DNA from: Octopus bimaculoides
Taxonomy: Eukaryota
Direction: 5' to 3'
Length of the DNA: 64,000 nucleotides
NCBI RefSeq assembly: GCF_001194135.2
Contig: NC_068981.1
Coordinates: 80,849,473 to 80,913,472, forward strand
The translations under genes were made by a program, and so were the position numbers. The stretch's first letter is position 1, and every line of letters begins with the position of its first letter. The notes below the pieces were generated by a model, which ran no database searches, had not been told where the DNA came from, and saw only the letters and a list, made by a program, of their open reading frames with translations. Shown here in pieces: positions 1 to 10,510 of the stretch.

Positions 1-8
1 ATACATGC

Positions 9-67
<59 letters not shown>

Positions 68-119
68 TATATATAAACACACACACATATAGGCATACAG
101 ATATGGATGTACATGTGTG

Positions 120-154
<35 letters not shown>

Positions 155-687
155 CACATATACGCACAAAGAATTCACGAGATCCTTTATTAACCACTAC
201 GATCGTTTCGACCCATCGTGCATCAATCTCTCGTGAGTGAGATGCTGTACAAACAGTTGTGTACATCTTTGATGTAGATGTATCTCGTCAGGGGACTTGC
301 GAAAACTACTTCGTTTTTTAATGGTTTACTAATTTCAATTAGAATACATTTTGGTAGTTGTCTGTAGCTTGGCAAATGATATATATTTGAAGGAAAAAGA
401 AGAAAACCATACAAGATAAACTATTGGCTTTATGAAAGTATCTCCGCTTCCAGTGATCGTATAACAATAGCTAAGTGGTAATTTAAAGTAACTTCAAACA
501 AGGAGAGATAATTGCTCTCATGAATAAAAAATTCCCAGAAAGTGACATCCCATTAAGATTCTATCGTTACAAATTTCCCCGTTAATTATTGCTTAATCGA
601 TTCCTCTCTCGAAGCTATAATTCTGTCATGCTGCATCGCAAGTTTTCGGATGGTGACTCTCATTTAGTCTAATCCCTCACTCTAGAC

Positions 688-919
688 CAGGGATGGGCAA
701 TTTTTCGTCAACTGGGGGCCGCATCGTACCATTTCCAAGTGGGAGAGGGCCACATGATAAAACACATATGCATGAAATATTACTTGCCCAATGTTTTGCA
801 GTTCTTCTTAATTTTGTCTTAGTATGAAGGTTTATTTGTCTTCGTATGAAATTTTATTTGTCTTAGTATGAAATTAATAACCTAGAAACTCGTCGAGGGC
901 CGCAGGTTGCCCATGCATG
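688..919. mobile_element. Non-autonomous hAT (Charlie/Buster-type) MITE, 232 bp
   Basis: TIRs CAGGGATGGGCAA (688-700) and TTGCCCATGCATG (907-919); perfect 8-bp TSD CTCTAGAC at 680-687 and 920-927, matching the NTCTAGAN target preference of Buster/Charlie hATs; internal ~21-bp triplicated unit tttgtcttagtatgaa. Confidence 0.9.
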
Positions 920-2014
920 CTCTAGACCTTCTTGGCTTACTTAGACATGTCAGGAATAAGACTTCTACTAGTAGAGCTCTTTGTGTTAAAGAGATATGCA
1001 TGTCCCACTACTTCTATCAAGATGAACACCATTGCAGATTTCTTTTCAAACATTTTGCTGGTGTTTTACAAGGATGCACTCTCGTACCTTGCTTAATTAT
1101 ACCCTGTTTTAATTATATCCTCCGTCCTTCAGTTGATTACAAGCAACTTGGTTTTAACTCGCAAAATCAAAGTGCCCTGGTTATCCAGTCCTAATAGATG
1201 TAGCTTATGCTAATAACTTAACCGTAATATCAGATACTAACATTTTACAAAACTTTTCTTGAATGTCAGCCTTTTGCATTAATTGATCATGTAGAATTTA
1301 ACTTCAAAAAAGCATAGACAGGACCAATAACTGATGAACATTCAAACCAGAAACATAAAGATGAAAATAAATATTTAGACAAAACCGTGAGAATGAGTAT
1401 TGGAAACTCTTTTGATGGATGGGGCGACATTCCAGAAAATTGTTACAGTTTTAACTGTATACAAAGTAGGGAAAAAACGACGATTCATACATTTGAAAGA
1501 ACTTGGCACAAAATTACCACACAACAGACTTGAAAGAGAAACTCTTCTCCATTCCTTTGCATGGTGCACAAGTGTATGGGTGTATGCGTGCGTGCGTGCG
1601 TGCATGTGGGTATGTATGTGTGTATAATTGTAAATGAATGTGTTTTGATAGTAACTATCAAATAATAATTGCTATCATAACACGGGTGACTAATCTAATG
1701 TTGGGTGTTTCTGAAATTTGTAGATATATATACAATTTGATGATTAAATATAAAATAAGAAGAGAAATTTACTGAAGCCATGTCTTACTTTACATTTCCA
1801 ATGTTGCACAATCATTTTCAAGCATTTATTACACGATTAAAAAGAAAATACAATTAATTATACGATATATTAAATGTTCATCTCTATCAAGTGTTCAGTG
1901 GAATGCCAAATAGCTCTAAATCTTATGGGAAACCATGCCTGCGATAAAGTTGGAGGCGAGATTTCATTTTCGATTATTTGCTTTTCTTTTTTTAGGATCG
2001 AAGATTATCAATTT

Positions 2015-2235
2015 TGTTGTTGCCTAGCTCGAAGTCAGTACAATCTAGTTGTCTTATAATCAAAGACATTCTACTTGTGACCATCCCTTTTACATTTTCA
2101 AGCAAATTCGTCGAGGACTCTGTTATCCAATGTATCTTTTCTTATTGCAATAACAGGATATGATTCGAAGAGGATTTTTTTTAGCTATTTCTAAAATGTC
2201 TAGCAACCACATAGAGGGTCGCCCGTTGGTTCGGA
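2015..2235 (+). repeat. Copy of unclassified ~240-270 bp interspersed repeat (family D)
   Basis: Shares caaagacattcta..tgaccatccc, ggac..tatccaatgt and gctatttcta..gcaaccacatagagg motifs with the copy at 54690-54965. Confidence 0.6.
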
Positions 2236-2392
2236 AAGTTATGAATTTATAGGTTTGACTTCAGTTATATGTCAGATGTGGATTTTGACCTTATGCAGAA
2301 TTAACGATGTTATTAATCACTTGTTTCATCGAAATTTTGTGTTACGAGTGGAGGTTACATGTATTTTATCTATTTTCCTTAAGCGTAATTAA

Positions 2393-2580
2393 GAAGGCGA
2401 ACGGACAGAATTGTTAGCGCGCCAAACAAAAGAGCTTAGAGGCATTCCTTCCAGCACTTTACGTTCTGAATTGAAATACCACCGAAGTCACGTTGTCGTT
2501 CATCCTTTCAAAGTCGATAAAGATAACATACCTGTCAAGCACTAAAATTGCTGGTTTTGTGCAATAATTTAAAGAAAAAT
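2393..2580 (+). mobile_element. Degenerate tRNA-derived SINE, family A
   Basis: aaggcgaacggacagaattgttagc head, cgttctgaattgaaatacc B-box remnant, ttcatcctttc..gtcgataaa core; aligns by eye to the copy at 20745-20962. Confidence 0.7.
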
Positions 2581-3060
2581 TATGTATAAACTTTAAAAGT
2601 CAAAGTACCACAATACTGGCAACGTCTAAATGAATATTGGTGCACTTGCCTGATTTTGGATTTACCTTCGGACATACAGAATATATAGACGTGTGTGTGT
2701 GTGTGTGTGTGTGTAAAATCATCTCGGATATTTGATCCGGTTTTTAAATGTACATATATCAAAGAAATGTTACTAAAATGTAATAATAAATATATGTTTG
2801 TGTGTAAATTAAAATATGATATATTTTCTCGCTTGAAGATATGAAAAAATTAAGAAACAGTGTTAATTGGTTGGTTTTTCGAGAAAACCGTCAGAAAATA
2901 AACAACTCTACTGCTCTAGCTGGGGAACGAGAATTGGAAGTTGCGTCATTCATGAGCTTAACAAGTTTATATGCATGATTAGGCATCATGTATCTAATGT
3001 TGTACTAGAATTTGTGTGTGTGTGTGTGTGTGTATGTATGTGTATATATATATATATATG

Positions 3061-3092
<32 letters not shown>

Positions 3093-4035
3093 GTTATACT
3101 TGGGAATGGTCATATTTTTCCAGTTAAACATACGCACTATGTATTTGGTCTTCACTTCAGCATTATTACTATTACTATTATTTTAGTTTCTTCTTCAAAG
3201 CACTTTCGTCACACATCCTGTGACCTCTTCAACAGTTCTTTATCCCATGTGTCTCCTCTTGTTCTGCTTGTTACATTTTTAGTGCGTGTGTTTAACTGGC
3301 AAAATATGACCATTTTCATGTATAACAATATTTGTCCCAATACGATTTCACATCAATAATCTTGCAAAACAAATACATACATACATACGTACATACGTGT
3401 TTGTGTGTGTGGATGCTGACTGCTACATCTTCACAGATGATTGCCGTCTCCTTGTACCTCCTCATTGTCAATGGCATTTCTGACATTTTGTCCATGACCT
3501 CTCAGATGACCATTCAGTCTCACCATAGATTGTTATGGTTCGAAGCAAAGGTGACAGATGAAAGTCGTAACTTATATTGGGCTTCCAAAAGGTAAGATCT
3601 GGCACATGTCGTCTTCTTCCATCGCCGTAGGATTTTCAGAAGAAAGAATGAGAGAGGATGTCATGTTAAAGAGACATATGTACATCATCGGATTATAGTG
3701 ACAAATGAATCGAATTGACCAGTAATCAATGAAATCACATGGTTTTACATCTTCTAGAAGGATGGTGTGACAACAGCTAGGGGGTCTGTCACTTTCAGTC
3801 GTACTGCGCGTCCAAAGTTATTGTTGCGTCTCCGCTCTCAGATGGATAATCATCACATATGCTACTTAACCCATAGATGGGACTCTGACAGGGGCTACTG
3901 CCCCGGGTCAGAGTAGACTTGGAAACAATAGTGGTTAGAAGGTGGTTCCGCACTCCTCAAAACCTTGGAACACCCAATCCAGATCCCCATGACTGGATGC
4001 AGTTTAGTCATACCCGGACTACATTGCAATAGATA

Positions 4036-4408
4036 TTGTTGGCACTCCGTCGCTTACGACGTCGAGGGTTCCAGTTGATTCGATCAACGGAACAGCCTGC
4101 TCGTGAAATTAACGTGCAAGTGGCTGAGCACTCCACAGACACGTGTACCCTTAACGTAGTTCTCAGCGTGACACAGAGTGTGACAAGGCTGACCCTTTGA
4201 ATTACAGGTACAACAGAAACAGGAAGTAAGAGTGAGAGAAAGTTGTGGTGAAAGAGTACAGCAGGGTTCTCCACCATCCCCTGCCGGAGCCTCGTGGAGC
4301 TTTAGGTGTTTTCGCTCAATAAACACTCACAACGCCCGGTCTGGGAATCGAAACTGTGATCCTATGACCGCGAGTCCGCTGCCCTAACCACTGGGCCATT
4401 GCGCCTCC
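4036..4408 (-). mobile_element. Full-length tRNA-derived SINE, family C (single copy in window)
   Basis: Minus-strand head ggaggcgcaatggcccagtggttagggcagcggactcgcggtc..gtttcgattccc with A-box and B-box; 10-bp TSD GCAATAGATA at 4026-4035 and 4409-4418. Confidence 0.85.
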
Positions 4409-4509
4409 GCAATAGATAATATTGCATTAGATACACCATGCTTGAATAAATATTAAATATAGTTTAGTTATTTCTGACCAGGGGTAAATAACAACAACAA
4501 CAACAACAA

Positions 4510-4960
4510 GCAGAAAAAATGGAATGGTCATGGCTGGAATGTTTTTGGTTATCAATGAGTTTAATCAGAGTTGAGTTGGGGATAAACAACAGCAGCAGCA
4601 ACAACAATAACAACAATGTAACCATAATCTTAGCCTTTATCTACGACATCTAAAATCATTTCAGAAGAACGTTTTTGCAAGACCTCCAAGGAATAGCAAC
4701 CAAATATCCCTCTTAAGCGTCTTAAACGTCTTTAAAAAAAATACAAAATAAACACTGGATTATATAGTCCTCACCACTCTTTTAAAAAAAATGGAATGGT
4801 CATGCTAGAATGCTTTCGGTCATCAATGGGTTTAATCAGAATTGAGCTGGAGATAAACAGCAGCAGCAACAATGACAATGTTACCATAACCTCAGTCTCT
4901 ATCGACGACAGCCAAAACCATTTCAGAGAAACGCTTTCTAGAATATTTTCTAGACGCAGA
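4510..4960 (-). repeat. Two tandem units of family D repeat (period ~273 bp)
   Basis: aaaaaatggaatggtcatg-ct(g/a)gaatg..tttaatcaga(g/a)ttgag..gataaaca(a)cagcagcagcaac occurs near 4515 and 4788; reverse complement of the family D core. Confidence 0.75.
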
Positions 4961-5936
4961 CGTGACTGCATGGATATNNNNNNNNNNNNNNNNNNNNNNN
5001 NNNNNNNNNNNNNNNNNNNNNNNNNNNNNNNNNNNNNNNNNNNNNNNNNNNNNNNNNNNNNNNNNNNNNNNNNNNNNNNNNNNNNNNNNNNNNNNNNNNN
5101 NNNNNNNNNNNNNNNNNNNNNNNNNNNNNNNNNNNNNNNNNNNNNNNNNNNNNNNNNNNNNNNNNNNNNNNNNNNNNNNNNNNNNNNNNNNNNNNNNNNN
5201 NNNNNNNNNNNNNNNNNNNNNNNNNNNNNNNNNNNNNNNNNNNNNNNNNNNNNNNNNNNNNNNNNNNNNNNNNNNNNNNNNNNNNNNNNNNNNNNNNNNN
5301 NNNNNNNNNNNNNNNNNNNNNNNNNNNNNNNNNNNNNNNNNNNNNNNNNNNNNNNNNNNNNNNNNNNNNNNNNNNNNNNNNNNNNNNNNNNNNNNNNNNN
5401 NNNNNNNNNNNNNNNNNNNNNNNNNNNNNNNNNNNNNNNNNNNNNNNNNNNNNNNNNNNNNNNNNNNNNNNNNNNNNNNNNNNNNNNNNNNNNNNNNNNN
5501 NNNNNNNNNNNNNNNNNNNNNNNNNNNNNNNNNNNNNNNNNNNNNNNNNNNNNNNNNNNNNNNNNNNNNNNNNNNNNNNNNNNNNNNNNNNNNNNNNNNN
5601 NNNNNNNNNNNNNNNNNNNNNNNNNNNNNNNNNNNNNNNNNNNNNNNNNNNNNNNNNNNNNNNNNNNNNNNNNNNNNNNNNNNNNNNNNNNNNNNNNNNN
5701 NNNNATTTTTTTTCACTTTTACTAGTGATATATAAATAACGGAAATACATTTAAAAAGATAGTTCAGAACCCTTGTAATAAAATATCATCCACTTCAGTC
5801 TGAATTCCCTTCTGATTTCTGATTTCCGTAACGGAAACTGATGTTTCCGTTACCATGCCAAACACATATTTTAAAAATTGTTTGAAGGTTACTCGAATAA
5901 AAATAGATTTGCATTTATACAGGTACGCGTTTGGGC

Positions 5937-5967
<31 letters not shown>

Positions 5968-5972
<5 letters not shown>

Positions 5973-6065
5973 TCTTTTACTTGTTTCAGTCATTTGACTG
6001 CGACCATGCTGGAGCACTGCCTTTAGTCGAGTAAATCGACCCCAGGACTTATTCTTTGTAAGCTA
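5968..6065 (-). mobile_element. 3' tail of SINE family B
   Basis: ctcttttacttgtttcagtcatttgactgcgaccatgctggagcactgcc is the reverse complement of the tail at 44145-44197. Confidence 0.8.
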
Positions 6066-6133
6066 TAGAACAAACAGAAGAAATAGAAATTAATACTTAT
6101 GTATATATATTCATTTATTTTAGTCGGTTGAAA

Positions 6134-6213
6134 GTTGAAAAAGTGACTCGAGTAATGAGATTTTCGTGCATAACCATGCACGAATCTCTTGGTCCACGAG
6201 TCACTTTTGCAAC
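6134..6213. repeat. 80-bp imperfect palindrome
   Basis: gttgaaaaagtgactcg..gagattttcgtgcat-aacc-atgcacgaatctc..cgagtcacttttgcaac. Confidence 0.75.
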
Positions 6214-7092
6214 ATTTTGCCTATTAAAAAATGCACACGCGCGTATATGTATGTATGTATGTTGTAAGTATGTCTCTATTGTTTTTAATTCTTTTAATTC
6301 TTCCTCTGAAGAAGGAGCTGGTTTCTAACAAAGCTACAAAGTTCCATCTTTGGAAGTAAGACAACGAAAACAAAGTCTTGCATAGTTTTGTTGTTCCGCT
6401 TACAGGTTGTATTTGTAATGTGCGAATCAGTTGGTTGATTTCTTTTTCTAAAAATCCAAGCTTATCCAGACTGATAGTTAGTCATTTACTTACAAAACTA
6501 AATGCTCTAATTATTATTGGTATAAATGTAAATTTGTTATCCAGATATAGAAGCTGGAGGTTTCGAACTAGTTGTCTATAATTCTTCTTTCTCTTTGATT
6601 TTCAGTGAAATATTCACATCAGCAGGACAGCTGACCTCTATGACAATACATACTTTTTCTTGTCCGTCCCAATACCTGGCCTATGTTTACACTTGACAGA
6701 TGTTTTGATGGGAATGTTCCACCAGTATTCCTTGTGTTGATATCTGTGCACGTATTCAATAGCAGGGGGAATTATCTATATTAATCCAGGACAGTCTTTT
6801 ATGTATGTATGTATGTATGTATGTATGTAGTGTGCGTGTATGTGTGTATGTGTTTATGCACTTCTACATACATGTAAAATTACGTTAACTAAAGTGATCA
6901 CCATTTTATGAAGTATTCAATACGTTTTAAATATAGAATTTAATTTTTTTAATTTGGATATTGTCCCTACAAGTGAAGCTTTCGTTTCAGATCTGGGTCA
7001 GGCACTCACCAAGAAATAAATATTTCTCTTGATGAGTGAGATCTGAAACCGATGTCCCGCCCATAGCGAACGCACGTCCATATTTATATATA

Positions 7093-7810
7093 TCAGGTTG
7101 GTGCAACAGTAATGGCCGATTTTAAGGTTTCTATTAAAAATTGTAAAAAGACAATATTTATTCGTTAACATAATTTCCATTACTTTCTAGAACTTCATTC
7201 CATCTTTTAACAAGTTTATAAATATCACGCTTGTAAAATTGATTAGGTTTTGATACGAAATATAAATCCAACTCATTTTAAACTTCTTTTGATGTCAACC
7301 TAAGACCATTCAAATAGTTCTGTAGTCCCCGAAACAAGCGATAATCAGAAGGAGCAAGGTCTGGAGAATATGGAGGATGAAGCAATATTTCCCAACCAAG
7401 CTCTTCCAAGAGATCTTTGGTCAGTTGAGCGGTGAGGACGAGCATTATCATGGTGGGAGATGGCACCCTTTCTGTTGACTAAGCAGGATTGCTTTCTGTT
7501 CAAAGCAGCTTTCAAACGATGAAGTCGATCACAGAAGTTAGCAGTAATTGTTTGATTGTTGTCAAACAATTCGTAATGCACAATTCCTTCAACATCCCAC
7601 CATACACTCAACATGATCTTCCTTGGATGAAATCCTCCACTTGGTTGTTGAACAGGTCTTCCTCCGCGACTGACTCACGATCAGCTGCGTTTAACGTAAT
7701 GGTAAAGGATGCACTTCTCATCACCTGTAACAAGCCTTCCTAAAAATGGTTCCTTAAAGTGTCGAGAAAGCAATGACTGACAACAAACAACACGCCAGTT
7801 TCGTGAAATG
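7093..7810 (-). mobile_element. 5'-truncated mariner transposon remnant
   Basis: One TIR tcaggttggtgcaacagtaatggccgatttt (7093-7123) preceded by TA, resembling the Hsmar1/MADE1-type TIR; followed by transposase remnant; no second TIR seen. Confidence 0.9.
7260..7800 (-). pseudogene. Mariner D,D(34)D transposase, C-terminal part, with stops and frameshifts
   Basis: Minus-strand translation gives LVTGDEKCILY, FHPRKIMLSVWWDVEGIVHYEL, HHDNARPH and LGWEILLHPPYSPDLAPSDYRLF, the three catalytic-aspartate motifs of mariner transposases, spread over different frames. Confidence 0.92.
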
Positions 7811-8169
7811 CTATCTAGTGATTTATATACATTCTAAAATTCCATACAATATTTCCATAGTCAATTTTAATGGCAGGTGGAGATTCATGCGAGAACCACA
7901 GAGCTTTTGTTGTTATTAAAGAACTGAAAATTGTGTGTCTATGCGTATGAAGAGGAACTTTGCTACGTTATTATGTCTCCAAGTATATTTTGTTAACTTC
8001 TGATAGGAGGGTGTTTAGTTTCAGAAAATATACCATACAGGCGGCATTTGTCATCTATATTATGGGAATTTTTATAATCCTGTCAACATAGTTAGTGGTA
8101 ATGACCTGATAATATATCACGAAAGCTGTTGCTTATGTTGCCCCATCTATTATTATTATTATTATTATT

Positions 8170-8381
8170 GTTCAGTAGTTTTATTTTTATAACGTGCTTT
8201 CACTTCACTACCGAGTGCAGCTCTGTGTGCCTTGAGTATGTGCTGTGGTTGGCTGTGATGCTCTTATGGTTACTGTATTGAAAGTGTTTTGCGTAGGATG
8301 TGTGCAGTGCCCAGTAGTACAATTTTCTGTATGTTATATATATTTGTAAGTCCTGGTGTTTTTGTTATGTATTTGTCTGAA

Positions 8382-8383
<2 letters not shown>
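8170..8383 (-). mobile_element. Short 5'-truncated 3' end of an R4/Dong-type non-LTR retrotransposon (subfamily 1)
   Basis: Minus strand encodes ..KTPGLTNIYNIQKIVLLGTAHILRKTLSIQ*, then a short 3' UTR and a (TAA)n tail at 8149-8169. Confidence 0.8.
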
Positions 8384-8413
<30 letters not shown>

Positions 8414-8414
<1 letters not shown>

Positions 8415-10338
8415 TTTTAATCTGCATCTTTGTTTGTCACTTGCCGAGACACGCCCAACGTCCTGGGATGAGAGAAGGATAAGAGATGTTACAATGACTG
8501 TAAGCTTGGGGAGGAGAGGTAGTGAGATATCTTCATGTAATACAACACAAACATTTAAATGGATAGGGTTTTTCTAAGGATGTGGGCAGTACTTGTCAAC
8601 ACAATCTTTTGGATTTCTCTGAGACATGGTTCTCCTGGGATCTTATCTATATGTTTCTGACATCCTTTTCTTTTATCATACCTAGGAAGTTCTCGCTTTA
8701 AGATGCTATATCTTTTGTATTTCAATTTCTAGGTCCTTATATTTACTTAGTTTATTAAATTCTTTTACAGGTATAGTTTTATCAGTGGTAACACATCTAT
8801 TAGTCTACAAGTATTTTCTTCCCTGTCTTTAATAATTATCTCTGGTCGAATAGCCTGGATCTTTCTGTAAGTGTTGACAGGTATATCCCAAAAGATAGTG
8901 ACATTTTTACCTTCAACGATTGGCTCAGGATGATGTTCATACCAGTGAGTAGGAGTATTGATTTTGTAGTGTTTACATATTTTCCAATGTAAATACTGTC
9001 CTGCCCTATCGTGGCGATTTTTATATTCGTTTGGTGTCAGCACAGGACACCCCCGAGACGATGAGATAGTCTATCGTTTCGTCAAATGTGTCGCAGAATT
9101 TGCATTTAGGGTCAGAACCGTTTTGAAGAACGTTAGCCTGGTTGTTTTTTATGAGCAATATGAAACCTTCAGTCTCTGCTTTCGGTCCTGAACTTCTCAG
9201 TCACTGATGGGTTATTGCTTGATCTACATCAGCATTTCAACTTTGAAGTATGTACTGTCCATGCAGAGGCTTCTGGCTCCATCGCTTCTCAATTTGTTTC
9301 TGCCCGTTCTTTTTTGCAGTCTGCTTGATCCATTTTGCTTGTTTTGTGGCGGTAGTTTCAGGTTCTTCAACTATTTTAGGGTCAATGTCCAAATTCTTTT
9401 GCGAATTTCCAAGCTTCCTTAACAATCAAATGTGACTTTTTGCTGCTTTTGTGTTTGCACACAAGTTGCAGCATTCGGTCCTCTGTACTGGATAAGTACC
9501 TGTCCATTGCTATTGTAGAGGTCATGTAGCAGAGTTCTACCTGCATCTTTCCTCTTCCCCAATTACCTTTAGGTAGGTACAGACGATCAACATCTGCCTT
9601 TGGGTGGTGCATGTTCTTAGAAGTTAGTATTTTTCTTGTCTTCCTGTCTAGGTGTTGGAGTTCTGTAAGATTCCAGTTAATGATATCAAAACTATATTGG
9701 ACTACTGGAGTGGCTTCGATGCAAATTTTAAAGTTGAGTTCAGTTTTTAGTATGAGTCTTATTCTCCTGTAATATTCTTTTCTTATTTTTTCCTTCATAG
9801 TAGCATGTTGTATACCATCTCCTTCGTTTATCCCCAGGTATTCGTAATTCTCCTGTGGGTCAAGCTTCTTGATGGTAGTGTCGGTATCTAATTTAATGGA
9901 AGTTGTTTGCCAGAGCTTGCCCCTTACAAAAGTTGCTTTAGTGCACTTATCAAGGCCAAAGTCCATCCTGATGTCATTGCTGAATTCTTTAACAGTTGTT
10001 AGCAGCCCTACTAGCTCTTCGTCATTTCTAGCAAACAGCTTCAGATCGTTCATATAAGACAGATGGTTTATTGTCGTATTGTAAACTTTGAGCCCATACC
10101 TGGTGTTATTTAGTTCCTTTGAGAGTGGGATCAGTGTCATGCAAAAGAGTAATGGGGAGAGGGAGTCATCTTGAAAAATGCCTTGTTTGATGTTGATACT
10201 GTTAATTTGGCTCATCCCATTCCTATGGTTTAGGAGACGAATGTTCTACTTGGCCATGCTACCTTGTAAGAATTTGAAGATGACAGGAGAGGGCTTATAT
10301 ATTTCAAGGGCCTTGAGTATCCAATTATGTGGGACACT
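8414..10338 (-). mobile_element. 5'-truncated R4/Dong-clade RLE non-LTR retrotransposon (subfamily 2)
   Basis: RT, zinc-finger-like and RLE coding remnants; 3' UTR ends in (TAA)n at 8382-8413; 5' end abuts (TAA)n at 10339-10356. Confidence 0.9.
8556..10338 (-). pseudogene. Reverse transcriptase plus restriction-like endonuclease of R4/Dong-type element, inactivated
   Basis: SVPHNWIL, GIFQDDSLSPLLF, HLSYMNDLKLF (YMDD mutated), FGLDKC, YEYLG, HHPKADVDRLYLP, QKPLHGQY, YKNRHDRAGQYLHW, IFWD, KYKDLEIEI, IQKIVLTSTAHILRK; several stops and frameshifts. Confidence 0.92.
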
Positions 10339-10356
10339 ATTATTATTATTATTATT

Positions 10357-10510
10357 CAGTCAGCGAACTGGCAGAAACATTAGCACTCCGGGAGAAATGC
10401 TCAACGGTATTTTATCTGTCGCTACGTTCTGGGTACAAATTCCGCCGAGGTCGACTTTGCCTTTCATCCTTTCGACTGGAGTCGATGTAATCGATCTAAT
10501 CCCTTTTTCT
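10357..10510 (+). mobile_element. SINE family A copy with internal deletion
   Basis: gcgaactggcagaaacattagcac..caaattccgccgaggtcgactttgcctttcatcctttcg..gtcgatgtaatcga. Confidence 0.85.

Noticed and set aside
4335-4408. tRNA gene
   Set aside because: It is the tRNA-derived head of SINE C; no complete cloverleaf or Pol III terminator, and it is continuous with the SINE body. The same applies to the heads of families A and B.
4796-5750. Long ORFs in the track filled with X (also at 30.3-31.2, 32.2-33.1, 36.5-38.0, 40.5-40.9, 41.4-41.9, 42.8-43.2, 44.3-45.1, 50.9-51.8 and 56.1-56.3 kb)
   Set aside because: Artefacts of translating through N gaps.
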